DNA from: Candidatus Omnitrophota bacterium
GTDB lineage: Bacteria > Omnitrophota > Omnitrophia > Omnitrophales > Aquincolibacteriaceae
Assembly (NCBI GenBank): GCA_003140935.1
Contig: PLLJ01000039.1
Location: forward strand, 12,007 to 76,006
Length of the DNA: 64,000 nt
Direction: 5' to 3'
Below are positions 27,560-36,746 of this stretch, piece by piece (within the stretch, counting starts at the first letter, position 1; each line of letters starts with the position of its first letter). Position numbers and translations under genes: made by a program. The notes beneath the pieces were generated by a model that saw only the letters and a program-made list of their open reading frames with translations, was not told the origin of the DNA and ran no database searches.

Positions 27560-28933
27560 TCATTCCGTCACTTCCTTGATCGATTCATAGGTGATATCAA
27601 GCAACCCGTTGAGCTCCGCTTCCGTCATTCCAAGCGGCGGCATAAGTACGATCACTGGGCCCAGCGGGCGAAGGATCGCACCTTTTTTACGCGCCCGCTC
27701 GATCACGCGAACGCCGATCTTTTCTTTCGGATCAAAGGCTTCTTTTGTTCTTTGGTCGCGGACAAGTTCAATCCCGACCATCACGCCGCATTGCCGGATA
27801 TTGCCGACGCACTTAAGCTTGTAAAAAGCCTTGAGGCGTTCTTTAATGAGCCGTATCTTGGGTTGTAATTTTTCCAGTGTCTTTTGTTTTTCAAAAAGTT
27901 CGAGATTCGCGATCGCTGCCGCGCAGGCTAACGGGTTCGCCGTGTATGTGTGGCCGTGAAAGAACGTTTTGAATTCTTCGTGCCGGCCCAAGAACGCGCC
28001 GTAGATCTCCTCGGTTGCAAGCGTCGCGGCAAGTGGAAGATAGCCGCCGGTGATCCCTTTGGCAACTGCCATGATATCGGGCGTTATGTTTTCGTGGTTC
28101 GCGGCGAACATTTTGCCGGTCCGCCCGAACCCCGTCGCGACCTCGTCAAAGATCAGGAGCGTATTATACTTTCGCGTCAGCTCCCTGGCACGGGAAATGT
28201 ATCCCGGCGGCTGGCCGATCATTCCCGCGGCTCCTTGCATGAGCGGTTCCATCACGAACGCGGCAAGCTCCGCGTGATGTTCTCTTAAAACTTTTTCCAT
28301 GGCTTCCAAGGCTTCTTTTTTCACTTTTCCCGGAGCGCTGCCCGTTTCCCAGCGATAGCGGTAAGGCGATGGGATCGCGAACGTATCAAAAAGAAGCGGC
28401 TTGTAGATCCGGTGAAAGAGGTCGATCCCGCCGACGCTCACGGACCCGAGTGTGTCGCCATGATAGGCGTTCACAAGTCTCGAGAATTTCTTCTTTCCAG
28501 GACATCCCTTTTGGGCCCAATATTGGAACGCCATCTTCAGCGCGATCTCTACGGCCTCGGATCCGGAATCGGAATAAAAAACCCGGGTAAGCCCCTTGGG
28601 AGCGATCGCGATGAGCTTTTCCGCCAGTTCGATGGCTGCCGGATGGGTGAGCCCGAGAAATGTGCTGTGGGAAATTTTCTTAAGCTGTTTCTCGATCGCC
28701 CGGTCGAGTTCCTTGACCCGGTGGCCATGAACGTTGCACCAAAGCGACGACACCCCGTCGAGATATTTCCTTCCCTCAGTATCGACGAGATAGCAGCCCT
28801 CCCCTTTTTCAATGACCACCACTTTGTCGGTCTGCCACTCTTTCATTTGGGTGAAAGGATGCCAAAGATATTTTCGGTCCTTAGCGATCAACTCTGCCGT
28901 TCCTATCTTTTTGTCTCGCATCCGTGTATTCAT
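27560..28933 (-). CDS. bioA: Adenosylmethionine-8-amino-7-oxononanoate aminotransferase
   Basis: WHPFTQM, SSLWCNVHGH, DSGSEAVEIALKMA, DEVATGFGRTG, AKGITGGY. Confidence 0.97.
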   Translation of the reverse strand: MNTRMRDKKIGTAELIAKDRKYLWHPFTQMKEWQTDKVVVIEKGEGCYLVDTEGRKYLDGVSSLWCNVHGHRVKELDRAIEKQLKKISHSTFLGLTHPAAIELAEKLIAIAPKGLTRVFYSDSGSEAVEIALKMAFQYWAQKGCPGKKKFSRLVNAYHGDTLGSVSVGGIDLFHRIYKPLLFDTFAIPSPYRYRWETGSAPGKVKKEALEAMEKVLREHHAELAAFVMEPLMQGAAGMIGQPPGYISRARELTRKYNTLLIFDEVATGFGRTGKMFAANHENITPDIMAVAKGITGGYLPLAATLATEEIYGAFLGRHEEFKTFFHGHTYTANPLACAAAIANLELFEKQKTLEKLQPKIRLIKERLKAFYKLKCVGNIRQCGVMVGIELVRDQRTKEAFDPKEKIGVRVIERARKKGAILRPLGPVIVLMPPLGMTEAELNGLLDITYESIKEVTE

Positions 28934-30087
28934 TTCTTCAGCACCTTTGCAAATGCCACCGTTAATCTTGCGATATCCTGCCGGGTATGTGCGGCAGAAA
29001 CGGTGATCCTCAACCGGGCTTTCCCTTTAGGAACGGTTGGATAACGCACGGCGGGAATGAAAACTCCCTGTGCGAGAAGTTTTTCGAAGACCTCTACCGC
29101 TTCTCCTTCGTCTCCCACCATGACCGGAAGAATCGCGGATTCCGGCTTTCCGATCGAAAGGCCAAGCTGCGTGAGCTCCTGATGAACTTGACGGATATTG
29201 TCCCAAAGTCTTTTTCTTAACGAAGGTTCTTCTTCGACCACGCAGAGCGCCTCGCGCGCGGCCTCGCAGAGAACGGGCGGGAGCGCGGTTGCAAAGATGA
29301 ACGGCCTCGCGAAATTCACCAGAATGTCCGTCATGATCTTGTCTGCGGCGACAAATCCCCCGAGGCCACCGAGGGCCTTTGAAAGTGTCCCCATAATGAT
29401 ATCGATCTTTTTTGAAAGATCCCCTTCTTCGGTCGCGCCTCGGCCATGCGCCCCTAACACGCCCGTGCCGTGCGCGTCATCCACGACAAGCAGTGCGCCG
29501 TATTTTTTTTTCAAACAGACAAGTTCTTTAAGGCCCGCAAGGTCGCCGTCCATGCTGAAAACCGTTTCGGTCACGAGGATCCGCCGTCTCGCGCCCTGTG
29601 AGCCGCGGAGAAGTTCTTCGCACTTCTTGTAATTTTTATGCGGGAAGACACGAAGCTCGGCTTTTGAAAGCCTGGCGCCGTCGACGAGCGAGGCGTGGCA
29701 AAGTTTGTCCATAATGATCACGTCTTGTTCGCCGGCAAAGGCGGTCAAGATGCCGAGGTTCGCGAGAAAACCGGACGCAAAGACCAGCGCGCTTTCCTTT
29801 CCTTTGATTTGCGCCAGTTTTTTTTCAAGAGCAGCATGCGCTTTCGAGGTCCCCGAGATAAGTCGCGCCGCACCTGCACCAACGCCGTAAGTTTTGAGCG
29901 CTTTTTGGGCGGCCCGGATCACGCGAGGATGCCGGCTAAGCCCCAGGTAGTCGTTGCTACAAAAGAGAAGGAACTCCCGTCCTTCGAATGTCGCGTGCGT
30001 GCCTTGAGGGTCTTCCAGAATGCGGAGACGACGGTAAAGGTTTTTTTCTTTTAAGGATTTAAGCTCTTGTGAAAACCAGTTTTTCAT
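28930..30087 (-). CDS. bioF: 8-amino-7-oxononanoate synthase
   Basis: SNDYLGL, HASLVDG, FSMDGD, DDAHG, TLSKALG, RYPTVP. ATG 30087 with GAGGTG RBS. Confidence 0.95.
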   Translation of the reverse strand: MKNWFSQELKSLKEKNLYRRLRILEDPQGTHATFEGREFLLFCSNDYLGLSRHPRVIRAAQKALKTYGVGAGAARLISGTSKAHAALEKKLAQIKGKESALVFASGFLANLGILTAFAGEQDVIIMDKLCHASLVDGARLSKAELRVFPHKNYKKCEELLRGSQGARRRILVTETVFSMDGDLAGLKELVCLKKKYGALLVVDDAHGTGVLGAHGRGATEEGDLSKKIDIIMGTLSKALGGLGGFVAADKIMTDILVNFARPFIFATALPPVLCEAAREALCVVEEEPSLRKRLWDNIRQVHQELTQLGLSIGKPESAILPVMVGDEGEAVEVFEKLLAQGVFIPAVRYPTVPKGKARLRITVSAAHTRQDIARLTVAFAKVLKK

Positions 30088-30135
30088 TTCACCTCGACAG
30101 GCAGTCACCCGCCGTTTAAAACCCGTTTTTGAGGA

Positions 30136-31341
30136 TCAGACTTTTCTAAAAAGAGCGACGGCAACCTGGCCGCCAAAACCCATAGAGACTTTGACTGCGT
30201 TCGTGATCGTATGGCGGCGCATGTCCCCAGGCGTATAGTCAAGATCGCATGCCGGGTCTTTTTCTTCCAATCCTACCGTCGGCGGAATAAAACCCTCTTG
30301 GATCCCCAGAAGCGTCGCGATGATCTCAATGGCGCCTGTCGCGCCGAGCATATGCCCTGTCGACCCTTTGGTCGAACTCATGGGGATCCCGTAAGCCTGC
30401 TCTCCAAACGCTTCTTTGAGTTCTGCCGTTTCATAAAAATCCCCGTGCTTTGTGCCTGTACCGTGCAAGCTCACATAGTCGATCTCCCGCGGCGTGATCC
30501 CGGCCCTCTTGGTAAGAACCCCTAACGTGTGGGATAGTGCGTGCTCCGTAAGATCAAACTGGATCGGCTGTTTGCTATCCTGGCCGTAGGCGGCCTCGAT
30601 GATCTCACCATAAATTTTTACACCGCGCGCCCGCGCGCTTTCAAGCGTCTCAAGGAACACCACCCCCGCGCCTTCCCCCACCAGAAATCCGTCGCGTCTT
30701 TTGTCGAACGGGCGGATATCTTTTGCCGCAAGCGCCTTCATATTGTTGTAGCCTCCCAGCATAAGAGGCGTGATGGAGGCGTCCGTGGCGCCGGCGAGGC
30801 AATATTCCGCTTGTCCTTCGGAAACCATACGAAACCCCTGGATGATGGCCACGGTTCCGGTCGCACACGCAGCTACGTAGCATTTGGCGGGTCCTTGGAT
30901 CTTCATGCGCCGGGCGATCCACTGATCAGCAAAATTCGGAATTGCGCTGGTGTACATTCTCGCTCCCAAAATCGCGCTGGGGTTCCTCAAGAACCGCTCC
31001 TTGAACCGCCCGAGGCTGTGGACGCCTCCTTTGCTGGAGCTGACGGAAAGCGCGATATCGTAGGGATCTATGGCTGTGACGTCGAATCGAGCGTCTGTGA
31101 CAGCCTGTTCTGCGGCTGCGACAGCGTATTGAATGAAGGGATCCAGAAGATGCGTCCCGTAAGGGCGCGGGTTAAAGCCTTTGAGAGGAAAGACCGGAGG
31201 AAATTTATGCCCTTCAACAATGGAATGGTCCGCATTCTCTTTCCCGGAAATGCCTTTTTTAAGGTTTTCACGGAACTCCGCAAGCGTGTTTCCTATCGGG
31301 GAAAGAACCCCCATACCTGTGACCACCACGCGCCGCTTCAT
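30136..31341 (-). CDS. Beta-ketoacyl-ACP synthase (FabF-like) within the bio operon
   Basis: RRVVVTGMG, AACATG (Cys), HGTGT and GHMLGA (His/His), GFGG. Confidence 0.9.
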   Translation of the reverse strand: MKRRVVVTGMGVLSPIGNTLAEFRENLKKGISGKENADHSIVEGHKFPPVFPLKGFNPRPYGTHLLDPFIQYAVAAAEQAVTDARFDVTAIDPYDIALSVSSSKGGVHSLGRFKERFLRNPSAILGARMYTSAIPNFADQWIARRMKIQGPAKCYVAACATGTVAIIQGFRMVSEGQAEYCLAGATDASITPLMLGGYNNMKALAAKDIRPFDKRRDGFLVGEGAGVVFLETLESARARGVKIYGEIIEAAYGQDSKQPIQFDLTEHALSHTLGVLTKRAGITPREIDYVSLHGTGTKHGDFYETAELKEAFGEQAYGIPMSSTKGSTGHMLGATGAIEIIATLLGIQEGFIPPTVGLEEKDPACDLDYTPGDMRRHTITNAVKVSMGFGGQVAVALFRKV

Positions 31342-31385
31342 ATTCTTATCGCTCCCTTCGAGTGCCAATGAGGGGAAATTCTATC

Positions 31386-32120
31386 TTAGAAAGGACGGGA
31401 TTCAAAATGAAACACCTGCCCCGTCACCTGGCGCATTTGATCTGAGGAGAGAAAAAGGAGAAAATCCGCAACCTCGTCAGGATCCGAGAAGGTTTTGAGC
31501 GGGCTTTCTTCGAGATTTCTTCGAAGGATTTCCTCGGGAACGTTCGCCGTCATGGAAGACCGCATAAAGCCTGGGTTGACGGCATTTACGAGGATCTTTT
31601 TCCGGCCAAGTTCTTTGGCAAGCGTTTTGGTCATCGCGATCAGTCCGCCCTTCGAAGCGGCGTAATTCGCGGCGCCGGCAAGCCCGCTCAGGCCTGCGCG
31701 GCTGACGAGAGTAAAGATCTTGCTCGGCGTCTTTCTTAAAAGAAGTGGCAGAAGTTTTTGAGTAAGATAAAAAGGGGCTTTGAGGTTCACCCGCATGACA
31801 TTGTCCCACTCGCTTTCAAGCATTTTTTCGATGAAGGAGTCCGCGGTCAAGGCGGCGTTATGAATGAGGATGTCCAAAAACTCTACTTTTTCCTTGAACA
31901 TCACGGCAAAAGCGTCTATAGCCTTAACGTCGGCCAGGTCGAAAGAAAATCCCTGCGCGCCGGCTCGCTCAAGCTCCTGAGCGGTCTTGGCGGCTTTGAG
32001 ATAAGTGAAGAAGACGCGAGCGCCCTGCCGAACGGCTTTGCGGACGAACGCCCGTCCGAGCTGGCTGGTACCACCTGTGATAAGAATGGTTTTGTCTTTA
32101 AGAGAGAGTTCCAAGATCAC
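31386..32120 (-). CDS. 3-oxoacyl-ACP reductase (FabG-like SDR) within the bio operon
   Basis: ITGGTSQLG, HNAA, NYAASK, VNAVNPG. Start placed at GTG 32120, just after the bioB stop. Confidence 0.88.
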   Translation of the reverse strand: MILELSLKDKTILITGGTSQLGRAFVRKAVRQGARVFFTYLKAAKTAQELERAGAQGFSFDLADVKAIDAFAVMFKEKVEFLDILIHNAALTADSFIEKMLESEWDNVMRVNLKAPFYLTQKLLPLLLRKTPSKIFTLVSRAGLSGLAGAANYAASKGGLIAMTKTLAKELGRKKILVNAVNPGFMRSSMTANVPEEILRRNLEESPLKTFSDPDEVADFLLFLSSDQMRQVTGQVFHFESRPF

Positions 32121-32127
32121 CGTCCTG

Positions 32128-33156
32128 CTAACAGCTTTTTCCGCAATCGGTCGGGCAACAATCGTGTTTGTTGACGTCTTCCATAGAAAAACCAGAGCGC
32201 CGGAGCATGTCGAGGTCTTCCTGAAGGGGATTGCCGGCGGTGGTAAGGTAGCCACCGACCACAAATCCATTTGCCCCGCCGCAAAGGACCTTTTCTTGAA
32301 AATAAACGCCGAGATTTCTCTCGCGTCCGCCGGCGAGTTTGATATTGGCCTTAGGATGAATAAATCGGTAAATGGCGATAGTCCTGACGATTTCTTTAGG
32401 AGCGATGGCTGCTCGCCCCGCAAGCGGCGTTCCGGGCCTTGGGTTCAGGATATTGACCGGAAGACAATGAGGGTCGAAAGGTTTGAGTTCGAATGCGAGG
32501 CTGATCCGGTCTTCCTCCGTCTCCCCCATCCCCAAAATGCCGCCTGAGCACACTTCAACGCCGTTCTCCGCCAGGAATTTTAATGTTTTCCTTCGCTCGT
32601 CATAGGTGTGTGTGGAAACAATCTCGGGATAAAACTCGCGAGAACATTGAAGGTTGTGATTGAAGCGCCGCATCCCTGCCGCACGAAGCTTTCTGATCTG
32701 TTCGACCGTCAGATTCCCAAGCGACCCGTCTAGTCTGAGATGGGTTTTCTCGCTTAACAAGCGGAACGTTGCGAGTACTCGTTCGAATTCTGTGTCATTT
32801 AAGGTTTCGCCGCTCGTAACTACGCAAAAACTTTGTACGCCGTTCGCTTCGCTTTTTTTTGCTTCCTTCAGAACCTCTTCCGGAGCCATGAGGGGATAAC
32901 GTTTCACGCCCGTTTCATAGTGGGAGGATTGGGAACAAAAACCGCAGTCCTCGGAACAAAGATAGCTTTTGGCGTTCACGAGTGAGCAAAGATCGGGTTG
33001 GGGAGGCCGGAACTTGGTTGTGATCTCGTGGGCGGCGTCTAAAAGAAGGTCGAGAGTTGTAGGGTCTTCGATTGAACTGAGGCGAAGGGCTTCGTCCCGG
33101 GTGATGTCCCCTCCCGTGAGGACCCGACGCTTAAGTTCCTGTATAAGGGCTTTCAT
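32128..33156 (-). CDS. bioB: Biotin synthase
   Basis: Radical-SAM CSEDCGFCSQ, NHNL, CSGGILGMGE, PVN.LNP.PGTP, AGGRE, YLTT.G. Confidence 0.97.
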   Translation of the reverse strand: MKALIQELKRRVLTGGDITRDEALRLSSIEDPTTLDLLLDAAHEITTKFRPPQPDLCSLVNAKSYLCSEDCGFCSQSSHYETGVKRYPLMAPEEVLKEAKKSEANGVQSFCVVTSGETLNDTEFERVLATFRLLSEKTHLRLDGSLGNLTVEQIRKLRAAGMRRFNHNLQCSREFYPEIVSTHTYDERRKTLKFLAENGVEVCSGGILGMGETEEDRISLAFELKPFDPHCLPVNILNPRPGTPLAGRAAIAPKEIVRTIAIYRFIHPKANIKLAGGRERNLGVYFQEKVLCGGANGFVVGGYLTTAGNPLQEDLDMLRRSGFSMEDVNKHDCCPTDCGKSC

Positions 33157-33180
33157 CCCGGGACCGAAAGCTGAAAGCGC

Positions 33181-34398
33181 TTAGGCCTGAGCAAAAACTT
33201 CGCGGGCCACAATGCCGACCACGCCCAATGCCACGGCGTTTTCGCCGAAAGCGGACGGGATGATCTTGACCTGTGTCGCGGCCTCTTCCACGGACCATTC
33301 TTTGACCGTGTCCTTGATGGCATCGAGAAGCGGCGCCCCGCAATCCTCCACCCCGCCGCCGATCACCACCACTTCGGGGTTGAGAAGGTTCACGATGAAC
33401 GCTATTTTCTTGCCGAGATCTTGCCCGGCTTGTTCCGCCACTTTGATCGACAAAGCGTCTTTTTCCCGTATGGCCTTGACGATCTCTTTGAAGGTTAATT
33501 TTGAAAGGTCGCCTTTGACCAGGTCTTTCAGGACTGAAGGCTCACCTTTTTCGATCCGCTCGCGCGCGTGACGAACCATGCCGATATCCATTTCCCACCG
33601 ACCAAGCTGGGTCGCGATCTTGAAAGAATAGTCCTTGCTTGCGTGTGCGCTCGTGATCCCGAGCTCTCCCGCGGCGCCGTTCGCTCCGCGATAGATCTCC
33701 TCGTTGACCAAGATGCCGCAACCCACGCCCGAGAACATGTAGACCATGTTCCGCACATCGCGGTCCAGTCCCAACCATTTTTCTCCGAGCACCGCCGCGT
33801 TCGCATCATTCTCCACGATCGTGGGGATGTTGAGCCTCTTCTCAAAAGTATCTTTGATCGAAGAGCAGACTGAAATGTCTTTGTCTCCCAGGCTTTGGGG
33901 CCAGCGGATCGTCCGCCCGCGTTCGTCAATGATCCCAGGAATGCCGACCCCGACCCCAACGATCTTGGTTTTGTCGACCTCCGTCTTTTCGATGATCTCC
34001 GCCGCGAGGTCCACCATCTGAAGGATGATCTTCTCGGAATTTTCCGGAGCTCTTTCACGCTTGATCTCGCTGATCACATTGATCTCGAGGTCTACGAGCA
34101 CCGCCACGAGGCTCATCATGTTAAGTCCAACACCTACGATGTAGCCGGATTTTGGATTGAGCTCCACGAGCACGGGCTTACGTCCGCCCGTGGACTCATC
34201 CAGCTCACCTTCTACGACAAGGCCTTTTTTGATGTAATGACCGACGTAGTTAGAAACCGTTACAATGTTCAGCTCGGTAAGCTTAGAAATATCGGTCCTG
34301 GAAATCGGCCCGTTCTTGCGAATGACTTCGAGAATGCTTAGATTCTTTCTTTCCTTGTCGGTGAGAGTTCGGTCTTTGAGCATCTGTTTGATAACCAT
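33181..34398 (-). CDS. ROK-family transcriptional regulator (NagC/XylR-like)
   Basis: wHTH (GPISRTDIS…TVS…GGRKP), VENDANAA.LGE, GVGCG, AGELG, NPEVVVIGG. ATG 34398 with AAGGAG RBS. Confidence 0.93.
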   Translation of the reverse strand: MVIKQMLKDRTLTDKERKNLSILEVIRKNGPISRTDISKLTELNIVTVSNYVGHYIKKGLVVEGELDESTGGRKPVLVELNPKSGYIVGVGLNMMSLVAVLVDLEINVISEIKRERAPENSEKIILQMVDLAAEIIEKTEVDKTKIVGVGVGIPGIIDERGRTIRWPQSLGDKDISVCSSIKDTFEKRLNIPTIVENDANAAVLGEKWLGLDRDVRNMVYMFSGVGCGILVNEEIYRGANGAAGELGITSAHASKDYSFKIATQLGRWEMDIGMVRHARERIEKGEPSVLKDLVKGDLSKLTFKEIVKAIREKDALSIKVAEQAGQDLGKKIAFIVNLLNPEVVVIGGGVEDCGAPLLDAIKDTVKEWSVEEAATQVKIIPSAFGENAVALGVVGIVAREVFAQA

Positions 34399-34594
34399 GG
34401 GGTAGGAGCTCCTTTCAAAAATGCTTTTTGTCACAACCTGTTCTTTGACCGCTATATAAGTGCCTCATGCGCCGCTCATTTTAACTCTACGATATGCTTT
34501 TTCAAAGTGTTAATTTGGCATCTTGTCTTTAAATCCACGGTGTTTTTCCACGGACAGTGTTTAACTCTTTGCCGGGGAAGACGTTGGGGAAACA

Positions 34595-36736
34595 TCACTT
34601 GGAGAAGAAATCTTCCTGCCCCAACAACTCTTTAGCTTTTTTACCCACGGGATCTTTGTGGAAATATTCCTGGATCACGCCCTTTTTCAGATAGTTTGCG
34701 ATCGGGATCAGGGTCATCCCCTGGTCCAAGGCCAAATATTGAGTGTTCACTCTCCGGTTCGGAAAAGTGATCGAATCATAAAAACCATATTCGCCGTAAA
34801 TGTCGAACGTCAGAAGTGTTCGAATGTTCTTGATCGCATCTTTGGGAAGAGCATCCAGCGCCAAAAAGCTCGCGTGAGGGGTAATAACACCCCGGTCCGG
34901 ATATCCTTTCGCTCCCAACGCCTTGATCCCGTATTCCCCGTACATCCATCGTCGCCCATCGGAGGTTGCGGCGGGCGAGATCCCCCAAACGGGATATTTT
35001 TTTTCTTTGAGTGCGTAGTCCCGGTGAAGTTCGCTCACGATCTTGTCGTTAAGTCCGAGCCCCTTGGGAGCAAATTTTTGTTCGTGAAGCACCAGGGTCG
35101 GCATCAGGAATTCAAAGAGCGATCCGCCCCAGCTTGGAACGAACTTCTTGCCATCACTTTTATAATAACCCTGGAAATAGCTGACCTTGCCATGTTCGAC
35201 CATTTTCCCTTGTGGTTTTTGAGTTTGCCATTCCCAGGCGTCCGGCGCCGTGCGGTAAAGATACCACCAGTGCTCGGAAGGGATGTCTCCTTTTCCGATC
35301 GCATAGAGGCTCATGGCGCGCGCCTCGGTCACAAGCATCCCGTAATGATACGGCGTTGGGCCTTGACGTTCCAAGTCGTAGCCAATGGCAAGATGATTGG
35401 TGTCGGGATCCAGGAATTCCTGAAAGTGAAACCGGTCCAAAATGGTCGTGGCCTCCTTCGCGAGCTCTCCCGGAAAAGCCTGACGGACCACCACCAGCGC
35501 GATGGCAAGCCATCCGTTATCGACGCTTGAAATGAATCTCCGGTTCACCCCCAGCCGGGTCGTTTCATAAAAGTTGAAAAAAAAGCCTTTCCACGTCTCC
35601 ATCTTTTCAAGTGTTTTTAAATTATTCTGAACGCGCCGAGTTGCTTGGTCCGGAGTAATGATCTCGAGTTCTCTTGCGGCAACGGTCCCCATAAGATCCA
35701 TGGCGATATTCGTGGGTGAGGTGTAGGCGGCCGCGAGGGGAAAATCCCCGGTCTTAAAATGGTCCGAGACAAGACGGTTTCTTTTGTCGGTAGCGTTTTC
35801 GAAATATTGCCACGTGTCCCGGGCGATCTTGAGGAGTAATTCCTTGTCGTTCTTCGTGGCCAAAAGTTCTTCGCGCCGGTGCTCGTTTAAAACAGAGCGG
35901 GGGAACCCGACAAAGTTGTCCTCCACGCTTTCAAATCCAACCTCCGGGTGTCCCACGAAAGCAATTTCATCCAGGCCGATCTTTCCGGCCAAATTCCGGT
36001 CCCGGGCAAACGCGCTAAAAGAAAGGGACTGGAGTTGATCAAAATCGATCCCCATAAAAACATTCGTCGGCAAAACGACTTCATTCCATCCTTCTCCTTC
36101 AAGACAGGCGTCTGTGATGTCCCGTTCTACGGTCCTGCCCGCCCAGTCCGTTAGAGCGATGCGTAAGCGTCCCTTGAACGGCGACGAGGGATCTGTTCTG
36201 CACATAAGTGCGAGATAATGGGCCCTGCTCATGTCCAGTTTTTCGAGAGAGGTTTTGAAGATTGTTTTTTCTTTTTTCTTGAGGTTGATCCTCGCCCATA
36301 ACGAACTCCCCGCCTTGGCTCCGCGGGCGTCTTCTTTCTTCAGCTCCAAACGGACCTTTTTTTCCTCTCCTTTGTCCACCGTCCATGTTCCCCCCAGGCT
36401 ATTCTTGAGCTCCCCTGCATTAAAATCGTCTACGACCTTGAACTGCGTCGAGGCTCTCAGGGGCTTGCCAGCGGGAACGATTTTGTAGACATTTCCGATA
36501 TCAAGCGGCGTTTCTCCGCCTGCGGGGCCGATCTGTTGGACAAAGGTTTGCGCGGACTTTTCTTTTGCGGGCTCACTTTGTTGGGTGGGAATCTTTCCCG
36601 TTTTTTGTTTTTGCGGCTTCTTGGCGGCAAGGCCCGACGGAAGGAACGCCCCGAAAAAACATATTGCGATAAAAAATAAAAGGGCGCCTCCCGGAAGACG
36701 CTTGGAACCCGGGGAATATTTCTTTTGAGGAATCAT
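34595..36736 (-). CDS. Secreted glycoamylase/DUF3131-type (GH144/GH189-like) beta-glucan-active enzyme with N-terminal carbohydrate-binding-like domain
   Basis: Signal peptide; TW.YF, YTSPTNI, SSVDNGWL, EAR, SWGGSLFE.LMP, WGIS, YGFYD, LALDQGM. Confidence 0.75.
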   Translation of the reverse strand: MIPQKKYSPGSKRLPGGALLFFIAICFFGAFLPSGLAAKKPQKQKTGKIPTQQSEPAKEKSAQTFVQQIGPAGGETPLDIGNVYKIVPAGKPLRASTQFKVVDDFNAGELKNSLGGTWTVDKGEEKKVRLELKKEDARGAKAGSSLWARINLKKKEKTIFKTSLEKLDMSRAHYLALMCRTDPSSPFKGRLRIALTDWAGRTVERDITDACLEGEGWNEVVLPTNVFMGIDFDQLQSLSFSAFARDRNLAGKIGLDEIAFVGHPEVGFESVEDNFVGFPRSVLNEHRREELLATKNDKELLLKIARDTWQYFENATDKRNRLVSDHFKTGDFPLAAAYTSPTNIAMDLMGTVAARELEIITPDQATRRVQNNLKTLEKMETWKGFFFNFYETTRLGVNRRFISSVDNGWLAIALVVVRQAFPGELAKEATTILDRFHFQEFLDPDTNHLAIGYDLERQGPTPYHYGMLVTEARAMSLYAIGKGDIPSEHWWYLYRTAPDAWEWQTQKPQGKMVEHGKVSYFQGYYKSDGKKFVPSWGGSLFEFLMPTLVLHEQKFAPKGLGLNDKIVSELHRDYALKEKKYPVWGISPAATSDGRRWMYGEYGIKALGAKGYPDRGVITPHASFLALDALPKDAIKNIRTLLTFDIYGEYGFYDSITFPNRRVNTQYLALDQGMTLIPIANYLKKGVIQEYFHKDPVGKKAKELLGQEDFFSK

Positions 36737-36746
36737 GTTTTTCCGT

